Part shown: in pieces, positions 9,447 through 18,385 of the stretch | Position numbering within the stretch: the stretch's first letter is position 1 | Layout of the letters: every line of letters starts with the position of its first letter | Source: an uncultured Mesoaciditoga sp. | GTDB lineage: Bacteria; Thermotogota; Thermotogae; Mesoaciditogales; Mesoaciditogaceae | Length of the DNA: 61,466 nucleotides | Assembly (NCBI GenBank): GCA_964470975.1 | Contig: CAYYEU010000001.1 | Span: 1-61,466, forward strand | Direction: 5' to 3' | Made by a program: the position numbers and the translations under genes | The notes under the pieces: generated by a model | What the model was told of the DNA's origin: nothing | What the model saw: only the letters and a program-made list of their open reading frames with translations | Database searches by the model: none

Positions 9447-10091
9447 TTGAATTCGAAAATCCCAGCTCCAGTTGCAAAGAGGTTGGCACTGTATCACAGA
9501 TGTGTCATTACCCTGTTAAGTTCAGGAAAAGAAGTGGTGTCTTCAAATGAGCTTGGTGAAAGACTTTCCCTCAAATCCAGTCAAATAAGAAAAGATCTTT
9601 CTTACTTCGGTGGCTTTGGAAAGCGTGGTTCTGGCTACAATTTGAACTATTTGAAAGAATCGTTGGAAAACATACTTGGTATAAGTAGACCGTGGAATAT
9701 TGGAATTGTTGGCGCTGGTAATATTGGAATGGCTCTTGCAAACTACGAAGGCCTTTTGAAAGACAATTACAAAATTACCGCACTTTTTGATAGAAACCCA
9801 TCCAAAATTGGGAAATTTGTTGGTCCTAGAAGGGTACCAATTCTCCCCATTAAAGAAATGTGTTCGAAGATCGAAGAATTTTCCATAGAAATAGGCGTAA
9901 TAGCCGTACCGGCAGAATATGCACAATCCATAGCCGACAGATTAATGGGATGTGATAATATCAAAGGCATCGTTAACTTCGCCCCAGTTAAAATATACGT
10001 GAAAAACGTGAAATTAGAAGATGTTGACATATCCATATCCTTTAAGGCTTTGACTTTCAAAATTTGGAGTGAACTTTTTGGAAAAGAGTGA
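9447..10091 (+). CDS. rex: redox-sensing transcriptional repressor Rex
   Basis: N-terminal winged helix (PAPVAKRLALYHR, SSNELG) plus Rossmann GIVGAGNIG. Confidence 0.9.
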   Translation: MNSKIPAPVAKRLALYHRCVITLLSSGKEVVSSNELGERLSLKSSQIRKDLSYFGGFGKRGSGYNLNYLKESLENILGISRPWNIGIVGAGNIGMALANYEGLLKDNYKITALFDRNPSKIGKFVGPRRVPILPIKEMCSKIEEFSIEIGVIAVPAEYAQSIADRLMGCDNIKGIVNFAPVKIYVKNVKLEDVDISISFKALTFKIWSELFGKE

Positions 10092-10650
10092 AAAACTGAT
10101 AAACAGGATTTTGGACGAACTTGGCGATAAGGCTGTTCCTAAATTGATCGATCTTCTTTTCGATGAAGATGCCAAAACGGCAGAATTGTCATCTGATATC
10201 TTAAAAAAACTGGATAGTTGCATGGAAATCAAGAGAGAGCTTGGCAAAAGAATTGTTTCTGGCGAAAACACCATAGGTATGTTTTATGCTGCCGATCTCT
10301 TAGGAGAAATGAAGTGCCAAAATTCCAAGGATACGCTTTACAAACTTCTTGGAATTGTGAAAGAAGAAAAGGAAGCAATGATAGTTTACAGTGCTCTTCT
10401 GAAGCTTGGAGAAAAGGAGGCTGAAAAATACCTTCTTTATGAGTTCGAAGAAGATCCATACATGAAAAAATCCTTACTCGATATCGCAATAGCGTTAGAA
10501 CCTTCTGACAATCCAGAAGTCTTCAAATCTATTTTGAAGAAGTCAACAGAAATTGAAGAACTTATGGAAGTTTTGCAGTCCATGTGCAACAGAAATCCTT
10601 CCTTTTTTTATCTTCTGCCAAATGAATTAAGAGGAAGGTTCAGAGAGTGA
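10069..10650 (+). CDS. hypothetical alpha-helical, HEAT/PBS-lyase-like repeat protein
   Basis: Helical repeats such as AVPKLIDLLFDED and YSALLKLGEKEAEKYLL. Overlaps the rex 3' end by 23 nt (GTG 10069; alternative TTG 10078). No specific family recognised. Confidence 0.5.
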   Translation: MNFLEKSEKLINRILDELGDKAVPKLIDLLFDEDAKTAELSSDILKKLDSCMEIKRELGKRIVSGENTIGMFYAADLLGEMKCQNSKDTLYKLLGIVKEEKEAMIVYSALLKLGEKEAEKYLLYEFEEDPYMKKSLLDIAIALEPSDNPEVFKSILKKSTEIEELMEVLQSMCNRNPSFFYLLPNELRGRFRE

Positions 10651-10710
10651 ATCGTTGGTAAAATTTCTTCGTGATAATGTAAAAGAATCCACTTAGAAGG
10701 AGCCTATGAA

Positions 10711-11529
10711 ATGAAAAACATTTCTAAAAATTTCGCTTTGTATTTGAATGGGTTCAACGCGCTCTCACTTGGAGGGGCTGCCGTATTGAAAGAACTTCAA
10801 GAGCGCGGTATGATGCCGCAACGCATTTATGCGTGCGGAATAGGAGCACTCTTTGCTAACGATTACGCTGCAATAGATGGGAAATTTGAAGACAGAGTGT
10901 TGTATAGATTTGCTCACTTATCAAAGAGCTTCAGATTTTTTACGAATATTGGTGATTCTCTATTTTCAAAATTCGCAAGCACTTACAAACTCGCCACCAC
11001 TGTAACCTCAAAAAAAGTTAAATCCATCGTAAAAGAAAAGATCATGGTTACAAGGTTAGAAAACACTTCAAAACCAAGAATGGACGTAAGATACTCGGCC
11101 GTTAACCTTTGCAACGCTTCAGAGGTGTTGATCTCTTCAAGAGAATGGAGAACTGGTCTGAGAGCCTCTATGTCGGTCGTGCCAGTCTTCATTCCAGCTG
11201 ATTACAGAGGACAAAAACTCGTTTCAGCCACAATTGTAACAGGGGTTCCAGGATTTTCAACCCTTGAAAATGAAAAACTTACAAAGGTATTTGTTAACAC
11301 CATGCCACATGTAAGAAAAAAGCTTCAAGAAAAAACATGGGAGATAATGCTGAGAGCTGACTATGCGAGAACTACCGCACTGATAAACACTTTCTCCAAA
11401 AAATTTGATGCGGTTTTAGACTTTTCTAAGTATGGAAACGACATTTCTGATTTCTCAGCCGATTCATGGACGTATGCCAAAAAAATTGCTCGCAAAAAAA
11501 TCGATGAAGTTTTGACTACAATGTTGTAA
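10711..11529 (+). CDS. patatin-like fold protein with degenerate catalytic motifs
   Basis: LSLGGAAVLKELQERGMMPQRIYACGIGALFA aligns by eye to the patatin GGGxRG...GxSxG region, and ASMSVVPVFIP...VSATIV to the ...DGG region. The oxyanion-motif Arg, the nucleophile Ser and the dyad Asp are all replaced. Confidence 0.5.
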   Translation: MKNISKNFALYLNGFNALSLGGAAVLKELQERGMMPQRIYACGIGALFANDYAAIDGKFEDRVLYRFAHLSKSFRFFTNIGDSLFSKFASTYKLATTVTSKKVKSIVKEKIMVTRLENTSKPRMDVRYSAVNLCNASEVLISSREWRTGLRASMSVVPVFIPADYRGQKLVSATIVTGVPGFSTLENEKLTKVFVNTMPHVRKKLQEKTWEIMLRADYARTTALINTFSKKFDAVLDFSKYGNDISDFSADSWTYAKKIARKKIDEVLTTML

Positions 11530-11551
11530 ATTGGAGACAAAATGGTAAAAT
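11524..11551 (+). promoter_or_regulatory. putative promoter of the sugar ABC operon
   Basis: TTGTAA, 16-nt spacer, then extended -10 TGgTAAAAT (11543-11551). Confidence 0.4.
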
Positions 11552-11581
11552 ATATGTATCCTAAAAGTGGAGGTGGGAAAG

Positions 11582-12853
11582 GTGAAAGGGAAGATTTTTA
11601 GGTTGGTTGTTCTGTTAATGATATTCACGCTTGTCGTTGGCATGGCAGCTCAAAAGATAACCCTTAACATGGTTCAAGTTTTCACAAGTCCTCAAAGAAC
11701 CCAAATACTGCAAAATATAATCAACGAATTCGAAGCTTTACATCCAAACGTGCACATAAATCTCATTTCTCCTCCTTACGAAAGTGCTTACCAAAAAATC
11801 TACCTGATGTTGAGTACGAATCAACCCCTTGATGTAGTGGAGGTGGGAGACTGGTCGTTAGAAGGCGTGGTTCAACTTGGCAAAATGGAGAATTTGGAAC
11901 CGTATATAGCCCAATGGGAAGGTGCTAAAGATCTAATCCCCGGCCTTTTAAATGCTGTAAGGGTAACAAACGGGAAAGCTTACATAATTCCAAACGGAGT
12001 ATACGCCAAAACGCTCTTTTACAGACCAGATGTGCTTGCCAAATATGGCATAACCAAGGTTCCTCAAACCATGCAAGACTTGTATAATGATTGTGTAAAA
12101 ATCACCAATCCTTCAAAAAATCAATATGGTTTTGATTTCAGGGGCACCGGCCTTCCCACAAATTTCATAGACATAATAACAACTTCGTACATTGACAACA
12201 TAAATCCATCTAACATGTACAAACTCACAAATGGAAAACTGTGGTTCAAAGATCCACGTGCGTTAAAAGGATTGAATCTGTATTTGAATTTCTACAAAAA
12301 CGCTGCACCGAGCGATGCCATAAATTGGGGATTTGATGAACAAGTCAACGCTTTTGTCTCAGGAACAACACCATTTTTGTTTCAAGATCCAGACACAACT
12401 GGCCTTCTGAATTCTCTTCTTAAAAAAGGACAATACAAAACGGCTCCATTACCCGTAGGACCTTCTGGAAAAGTTTACCCAAGTTACGGTTTTGGAGGAT
12501 GGGGAATAACCAACTATTCAAAGCACAAAGATCTGGCGTGGGAATTCATCAAATTCTTCACAACACCAATGGTATCAGCTTATTTCTGTAAAGAGTACGG
12601 TGCTTTACCAGTCTTAAAATCGGTCTTTGAGAACGATTCGTACTTCAGCTCGGGAGTCTTTGAAGGATGGAAAGAAATGTTCGCTGATCCTCAAAAATAC
12701 GTGTTTACTTCTTATCCATTGGCAAATAAAGGCTGGCCAAAATGGACAAAATTTCAACAAGATACCATGCAACAGGCATTGCTTGGAAGAATAAGTGTAG
12801 ATGAGTTGACAACTAAGTGGAACAATTACTGGAAAAAAGCATTTGGAATGTGA
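11582..12853 (+). CDS. ABC transporter extracellular solute-binding protein (CUT1 sugar type)
   Basis: Signal peptide VKGKIFRLVVLLMIFTLVVGMAAQ. Family-1 SBP-like sequence, followed by MalF/MalG-type permeases. GTG 11582 lies 6 nt after GGAGGTG; the track ORF starts at 11567. Confidence 0.85.
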   Translation: MKGKIFRLVVLLMIFTLVVGMAAQKITLNMVQVFTSPQRTQILQNIINEFEALHPNVHINLISPPYESAYQKIYLMLSTNQPLDVVEVGDWSLEGVVQLGKMENLEPYIAQWEGAKDLIPGLLNAVRVTNGKAYIIPNGVYAKTLFYRPDVLAKYGITKVPQTMQDLYNDCVKITNPSKNQYGFDFRGTGLPTNFIDIITTSYIDNINPSNMYKLTNGKLWFKDPRALKGLNLYLNFYKNAAPSDAINWGFDEQVNAFVSGTTPFLFQDPDTTGLLNSLLKKGQYKTAPLPVGPSGKVYPSYGFGGWGITNYSKHKDLAWEFIKFFTTPMVSAYFCKEYGALPVLKSVFENDSYFSSGVFEGWKEMFADPQKYVFTSYPLANKGWPKWTKFQQDTMQQALLGRISVDELTTKWNNYWKKAFGM

Positions 12854-12865
12854 TGCAGAAAATTC

Positions 12866-12891
12866 AAAGGCGGTCATTAAGGGCCGCCTTT
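12866..12891 (+). promoter_or_regulatory. intercistronic stem-loop between binding-protein and permease genes
   Basis: AAAGGCGG (12866-12873) pairs with CCGCCTTT (12884-12891). No long U tract follows. Typical position of an mRNA-stabilising or partial-terminator hairpin in ABC operons. Confidence 0.45.
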
Positions 12892-12901
12892 CTTGTTGGG
12901 A

Positions 12902-13816
12902 ATGGTTGAGTTGCCTAAAGGTACCTTCAAATCTAACAAAAAACTAAAAAGATTTATCTTTTGGATGTTAATCCCCACTTTCTCAATGATCTTTGTGTTC
13001 ACATACTATCCAACAATAGAAGGAATTTTCCTTGCTTTTGAAGATTACACGGTTTTTAACTTTCAAAACATCAGGTTTATTGGATTGGAAAATTTCAAGA
13101 CCATATTTGAAGATATCAATTTTTCAATCGCAGTTTGGAATACCCTTTGGTGGATAATTTTTTCCGTAGCACTTCAACTTCTTTTAGGATTCGCTTTGGC
13201 TCTGCTTATGAGAAAACCTTTTAAAGGTCGTGGCTTGTATGCGGGCATAGTATTTTATCCTTGGGCGCTCTCCGGATTTGCACTGGGAATATTGTGGTCT
13301 TGGCTTTTGAATGGACAATTTGGCTTGATAAACGACCTGTTAATAAAAGCTCACATATTAAGCCATGGAATAAATTTTCTTTCAAATCCAAAATACGCAT
13401 TCGCTTCTGTCATAGCCGTCAACGTATGGTATGGTATACCATTTTTTGCCATCATGATACTCGCTGCACTCCAATCCATTCCAAATTCGCTCTATGAAGC
13501 TGCAGAGATAGACGGAGCGGGAGTTGTGATGAAATTTATGAATGTAACACTTCCATATATCAAGCCAACTCTTGTGAGCACCATTCTTTTAAGGACCATA
13601 TGGGTTATGAATTTCCCGGACATTATATATGGAATGACGGGCGGAGGCCCCGCAGGTACGACCAACATACTGGCAACCTACATGATAAACATTGTGTACT
13701 TCGAATCTGATTACAGCAAAGCCTCAGCTGTTGGTCTTATAATCATAAGCGTTTTGACGTTATACGCTTTAGCGTATCTGCATTTTACTTCTTCCTACGA
13801 ATTAGGTGAATTGTGA
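12902..13816 (+). CDS. sugar ABC transporter permease (MalF-like)
   Basis: Multiple TM segments and an EAA-type loop (YEAAEIDGAG...F). ATG 12902; the track ORF starts at TTG 12893. Confidence 0.85.
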   Translation: MVELPKGTFKSNKKLKRFIFWMLIPTFSMIFVFTYYPTIEGIFLAFEDYTVFNFQNIRFIGLENFKTIFEDINFSIAVWNTLWWIIFSVALQLLLGFALALLMRKPFKGRGLYAGIVFYPWALSGFALGILWSWLLNGQFGLINDLLIKAHILSHGINFLSNPKYAFASVIAVNVWYGIPFFAIMILAALQSIPNSLYEAAEIDGAGVVMKFMNVTLPYIKPTLVSTILLRTIWVMNFPDIIYGMTGGGPAGTTNILATYMINIVYFESDYSKASAVGLIIISVLTLYALAYLHFTSSYELGEL

Positions 13817-14646
13817 TGAAAAAACACAGAGTTGCAAAGTCTCTAAGATTTTTCTTTTTGTCACTTTATTTAATGGCCGCAGTTGTGCCTCTTTATTGGA
13901 TATTCATTACCTCCATCAAGCCCCCAACTGAGGTTTATTCTTATCCACTTATATATTGGCCCAAACATGTTACTTTTGAAAGCTACAAATTCCTCTTCGC
14001 ATTCGCCAATTTTGCAAGGTATTTCAAGAACAGTCTTTTTGTATCGATCATCGCGTCTTTCGTAGCCATGCTTTTCTCTACTTTCAGCGGGTACATCATG
14101 GCAAGATTCAACTTCAAGTTCAAAAAAACTTTGATCGTTACCCTCTTTTTTGCTCAAATGATACCCACATATCTCTTGATGATCCCACAGTACAGAATGT
14201 TTTCAGAAGTCGGGCTTATAGATAATTTGTGGGCATTGGTGATCGTTTACGTTAACGTTGCAGTATCTTTCAGCACGATTATGGCACGTGGCTTTTTTTC
14301 GAGGATTCCACGTTCTCTTGAAGAAGCAGCAATGATGGACGGAACATCGAGAATAGGAGCGATATTTAGAATAACGATACCGCTTTCTCTGCCTGGAATA
14401 GCCGCAATATTCAGTTTTTCCTTTGTTAACACTTGGAACGAATTGTTTACCGCCGTGTTATTCATAAATAGTAACGACAAAATGACAGTTCCGGTTGCAC
14501 TTAATTCTTTCATTTCCAAAGCCGGCATTCAATGGAACGTCATGAGCGCGGGTCTTATCGTTGCGCTACTTCCAACTATTATCGTCTTTGCCTTTGCTCA
14601 AAAGTACATAGTTGCAGGTCTCACACAAGGTGCAGTTAAGGAGTAA
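13816..14646 (+). CDS. sugar ABC transporter permease (MalG-like)
   Basis: EAA loop LEEAAMMDGTSRIGAIFRITIP. Start is coupled to the upstream stop (TGATG). Confidence 0.85.
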   Translation: MKKHRVAKSLRFFFLSLYLMAAVVPLYWIFITSIKPPTEVYSYPLIYWPKHVTFESYKFLFAFANFARYFKNSLFVSIIASFVAMLFSTFSGYIMARFNFKFKKTLIVTLFFAQMIPTYLLMIPQYRMFSEVGLIDNLWALVIVYVNVAVSFSTIMARGFFSRIPRSLEEAAMMDGTSRIGAIFRITIPLSLPGIAAIFSFSFVNTWNELFTAVLFINSNDKMTVPVALNSFISKAGIQWNVMSAGLIVALLPTIIVFAFAQKYIVAGLTQGAVKE

Positions 14647-14654
14647 ATCCATTG

Positions 14655-14683
14655 TTGACACTTTTGGCCTTAAATGATACAAT
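14655..14683 (+). promoter_or_regulatory. near-consensus sigma-70 promoter for the hemerythrin/DUF438 genes
   Basis: TTGACA (14655-14660), 17-nt spacer, TACAAT (14678-14683). Confidence 0.55.
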
Positions 14684-14725
14684 AAAGTAGATAAAAATAG
14701 TCCACTTTAAAAGGAGTGATGTGAA

Positions 14726-15754
14726 ATGACATCTTACAAGAAAAGTACCAAACTGTCAGAAGTCATAAAGGATTATCCAGGTGTTACGGAGTATTTGGCC
14801 AAAAAGAACCCTAAATTTAAATTGTTCAAAAACACCATGATCGTCCAGCTAATGGCACCAAAAATGACGCTGAGTAAAATAGCAAAAAAACATAACATGA
14901 CTTTTGAAGAGTTAACAAGCATGATCGATGAAGGCATACGAAGTGGTGAGATCGGAAGCGGAGAAGATTTTGAGAGGAACGTTGCCAACACAAATAACGT
15001 TAAAGAGCAGATCAAAACGCTGATGAAGGCCCTTTTTGATGAAGGAGAAGATGTAAAAGAAGTCAAAGAAAAATTCAAAGAGATAGTAAGTAAAGCGAAC
15101 CCAATAATCATTGCCATTGCAGAATCCGAGCTCACGAAAGAAGGATACTCCATTCAAGATCTTATGAAAGCCTGCGATGTTCACTTGGAGCTTTTTAAAG
15201 ATCAGTTGATGAATTCAAGAAGAAAAATATCTAAAGATCATCCATTGTGGAGATTTATAAAGGATCACGATGCCATGATGCTGTGGTTTGAACAAGGCTT
15301 GAGTACAGCGCGCGAAATGAAAAGCAGAAACGGTTACAATGATGCAAGAGATCTTATAAGAAGATTAAGTGCCATCATGAAAAACTTAAAAGCCTCCGAA
15401 AATCATGACATTCGTCAGGAAAACACGCTTTTCCCAGTTCTCGAAAAGTATGGTGTGGAAGAGCCACCTGCCATAATGTGGGATGAACATTCAAGAATGA
15501 AAGAAAAAAGAGGTAAAATAGAGAAGGTAGTTTCTGAAATACCATCGATGCCTTACGATGAGTTTGTAGATTATCTTCAAGGGGCTTTCACGTACTTGGT
15601 CGAGACTTTTGTGAAGCATACACAAAAAGAACAAGAGATCCTTTACAATGTAGCTTTAGACGTACTCAGCGAAGAAGATTGGAAAAACATTCAAAAAGAA
15701 TCAGACAGATTGGGATATTTTGAGTTACCGAAGGAGGTTTTAGAAAGTGAATGA
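14726..15754 (+). CDS. DUF1858 plus hemerythrin-like (HHE) domain protein
   Basis: N-terminal ScdA_N/DUF1858-like segment (LSEVIKDYPGVTEYL...MTLSKIAKKHNM) followed by His/Glu-rich helices (HDAMM, HDIRQENTLFPVLE, WDEH, KHTQKEQEILY). Confidence 0.7.
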   Translation: MTSYKKSTKLSEVIKDYPGVTEYLAKKNPKFKLFKNTMIVQLMAPKMTLSKIAKKHNMTFEELTSMIDEGIRSGEIGSGEDFERNVANTNNVKEQIKTLMKALFDEGEDVKEVKEKFKEIVSKANPIIIAIAESELTKEGYSIQDLMKACDVHLELFKDQLMNSRRKISKDHPLWRFIKDHDAMMLWFEQGLSTAREMKSRNGYNDARDLIRRLSAIMKNLKASENHDIRQENTLFPVLEKYGVEEPPAIMWDEHSRMKEKRGKIEKVVSEIPSMPYDEFVDYLQGAFTYLVETFVKHTQKEQEILYNVALDVLSEEDWKNIQKESDRLGYFELPKEVLESE

Positions 15755-16172
15755 AAGCATAGACACCCAAAATCTATTTGAGGATTTAGATTCTGAAACG
15801 CTTTTGTACGTATTGGACAACATTCCAATGGATATAACTTTTGTAGATAAAGATGATGTTGTAACCTATTTCAATTTACCGATGGGAAGACAACATGCTT
15901 TTCCAAGAACAGAGCTGGATCTTGGAAGGAAGGTACAAAACTGCCACCCTCCAAAAAGTGTGCACGTTGTTCAGAAGATATTAGATGATTTTAGGGCAAA
16001 AAAAAGAAAGTCAGCAGATTTTTGGATAAATTTTCAGAAAAAACTTTTACACATTAGATACTTTCCCGTTTACGACAAGAATGGTGACTATTTCGGCGTT
16101 ATTGAAGCCGTTCAAGATATAACGGAAATCAAGAAAATTGAGGGTGAAAGGCGACTGTTGGACGAAGAATAA
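15747..16172 (+). CDS. DUF438/PAS-domain protein (C-terminal part of the DUF438 sensor architecture)
   Basis: LDNIPMDITFVDKDDVVTYFN...FPRT...GRKVQNCHPPKSVHVV matches my recollection of DUF438 plus PAS_10. The GTG start overlaps the upstream stop by 8 nt. Confidence 0.7.
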   Translation: MNESIDTQNLFEDLDSETLLYVLDNIPMDITFVDKDDVVTYFNLPMGRQHAFPRTELDLGRKVQNCHPPKSVHVVQKILDDFRAKKRKSADFWINFQKKLLHIRYFPVYDKNGDYFGVIEAVQDITEIKKIEGERRLLDEE

Positions 16173-16225
16173 ACCGTACTTTCACTATTTGAATAACACA
16201 TTAAATTTAGGAGATGATGTAAAAG

Positions 16226-16948
16226 ATGAAGCTCATTGAGTTCTTTGGACCATCCAATTCTGGAAAAACAACGGCCATTTCCAAAGTAACCCAAATGCTG
16301 AGATCTCATGGTTACTCAGTTGTAACTGTTAAGAGTACCCATAGCGAATTGAGTTATGAAAAAGACTCCAAAGACAGTGTCAAATATCTTGAATCAGGCG
16401 CCTCACTTTCAGTCGCCATTGGGAGAAACGACACGATTCTACATTTTCCCAAGAAAATTAAACTCATTGAAATTTTAGATCATTTGAAGTACGATTTCAT
16501 GATCGTTGAGGGAGAAACCGGTTTTCCAATGCCTAAGGTCTTGTTTCTAAAAAAAGATGAAGGTTTAGAAAGACTTGACGATCTCACCGTTGCCATCGTT
16601 GGAAAAGCTGACATCGACAATGTAAGGAAAATAGATCCTTTTGATTTTAAAGCGCTTTATGATTTAACGTTTTCAGCAGCTATGGAGCCTTTACCTGGTG
16701 ATAACTGTGGTCATTGTGGAATGGACTGCAAAACCATGTTGGCAAAAATTCTTAAGGGTGAAAGAACTTTGGATAACTGTGTTAAACTCTCTAACAAGCG
16801 TGCAAAAGTTGAATTTGAGGGGAAAAGTGTGCCGATTTTACCTTTCATCTCTTCCATAATAACGGATGTAAACTCTGGAATAATTAAAAACTTGAAGGGA
16901 ATGAATCGGAATGGACACGTTAAAATAGAATTCGATATGAAAGATTAA
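16226..16948 (+). CDS. mobB: molybdopterin-guanine dinucleotide biosynthesis adapter MobB with Cys-rich C-terminal extension
   Basis: P-loop GPSNSGKTT and VKSTH. The C-terminal about 80 aa contain CGHCGMDC...C. Confidence 0.75.
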   Translation: MKLIEFFGPSNSGKTTAISKVTQMLRSHGYSVVTVKSTHSELSYEKDSKDSVKYLESGASLSVAIGRNDTILHFPKKIKLIEILDHLKYDFMIVEGETGFPMPKVLFLKKDEGLERLDDLTVAIVGKADIDNVRKIDPFDFKALYDLTFSAAMEPLPGDNCGHCGMDCKTMLAKILKGERTLDNCVKLSNKRAKVEFEGKSVPILPFISSIITDVNSGIIKNLKGMNRNGHVKIEFDMKD

Positions 16949-16958
16949 AGGAAAAACC

Positions 16959-17549
16959 GTGGACTTTTCATTGGCCATCTTAACAGGAGGAAAATCTTTA
17001 AGGTTTGGTACTGACAAGTGCACCTACAGACTTTACGGGAAATCTATGACACAATGGCTCATTGAGTCTATAGGTTGTATGTTTAAGGAGATATTATTTA
17101 TAGGTCAAGATCCAGGATTGAAAATAGGTAGCGTTTTCCCCGATGTTCATCCAAACAAAGGACCTGTTGGTGGAGTTGAAAGTGCTTTGTTGAATTCCAA
17201 ATCAGATCACATTTTTTTGGTAGCGTGTGATATGCCTTTTGTAATTCCAGAAGTTGTGAAAAGAGTGCTAAACAACACAGAGAAACACTCGATTGTATGC
17301 CCTGTGGTGAATGGGAAATGCCAAACCACTCATGCTGTGTATTCTAAATTCATTTTAGAGCTCGTTCAAACGGAGCTAAAAAGGGAAAAGTCTACTCTTA
17401 CTCACATTGTTTTGAATTCCCCAAATGTGTTGTTGATGAATGAAAGCCGCTTTAAAGATATCAAGGGGTACAAAGAAAGCTTTAAAAATTTCAACTTGCT
17501 TGAAGAGCTGAACTCCCATCTTCTCTTCCATAAATGTATCAAAATGTAA
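16959..17549 (+). CDS. mobA: molybdenum cofactor guanylyltransferase
   Basis: LAILTGGKSLRFGTDK N-terminal motif, GPVGG, LVACDMPF. GTG start. Confidence 0.75.
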   Translation: MDFSLAILTGGKSLRFGTDKCTYRLYGKSMTQWLIESIGCMFKEILFIGQDPGLKIGSVFPDVHPNKGPVGGVESALLNSKSDHIFLVACDMPFVIPEVVKRVLNNTEKHSIVCPVVNGKCQTTHAVYSKFILELVQTELKREKSTLTHIVLNSPNVLLMNESRFKDIKGYKESFKNFNLLEELNSHLLFHKCIKM

Positions 17550-17589
17550 AAGCATGAAGAAAATGGTCTTCCTTGTCTTAAATGCCAAG

Positions 17590-17598
17590 TGATATAAT
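17590..17598 (+). promoter_or_regulatory. extended -10 promoter element upstream of plsC
   Basis: TGaTATAAT lies 14 nt upstream of the ATG region carrying GAGGTGAG. Confidence 0.4.
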
Positions 17599-17611
17599 GA
17601 GATGAGGTGAG

Positions 17612-18385
17612 ATGATGGAATTTGTAAGGTACATTCGCATATTTATTGGATTTCTTGGCTATATGCTTTATGCCCCATTCTTCACGCGTAAAGCCTCTAA
17701 ACTTAAAGGTGAAGATAAAGAATCTTACATTTGCTTTCACGTTGGACAATGGGGAAAGCGCGCATTTGAATGGGCAAAAAGTGAAGTTATCCTTAAGGGA
17801 ATGGAAAATCTTCCTAAGAGGGGACCTTACATAATAGTGGCCAATCACGTGAGTATGTTAGACATTTCTTTGATACAAGGATACATAAACCCACATACGG
17901 GATTCGTTGCAAAAAAAGAATTGGATCACTTCTTCACCGTCGGAAAATTTTTAAAAGTTCTTGGTGGTGAACTCATCGATCGAAACAGTCCAAGAGATGC
18001 TGTGAAAGCGGTTAATAACCTGATCAAAAAAATGAAAGAAGAAAAACAGGTTGTAGCCCTTTTCCCAGAAGGAACAAGAAGCACGGATGGAAAAGTACAC
18101 GAATTCAAAGCGGGATCTATGAAAATCATTCTAAAATCAGAAGTTCCAGTCATTCCAATTGCCATAGTTGGAACAGATAGGTCAATGCCAAAAGGCACTT
18201 TTTACATACGTGCATCGAAAGTGATCGCCTCTGTGCTTCCAGCTATAGAACCTGAGAAATTAGATGGCGTGAAGACGCCGGAATTGGCAACGATGTTGCG
18301 AGACATAATAGCCAATGAAGTTGAAAGACTCAAAAGAGGTGAGAAGAGTGCTCAGAGAATTGAAAATCAAAGCCTTAATGCTTGA
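17612..18385 (+). CDS. plsC: 1-acyl-sn-glycerol-3-phosphate acyltransferase
   Basis: NHVSMLD (HX4D motif) and FPEGTRS. Confidence 0.85.
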   Translation: MMEFVRYIRIFIGFLGYMLYAPFFTRKASKLKGEDKESYICFHVGQWGKRAFEWAKSEVILKGMENLPKRGPYIIVANHVSMLDISLIQGYINPHTGFVAKKELDHFFTVGKFLKVLGGELIDRNSPRDAVKAVNNLIKKMKEEKQVVALFPEGTRSTDGKVHEFKAGSMKIILKSEVPVIPIAIVGTDRSMPKGTFYIRASKVIASVLPAIEPEKLDGVKTPELATMLRDIIANEVERLKRGEKSAQRIENQSLNA

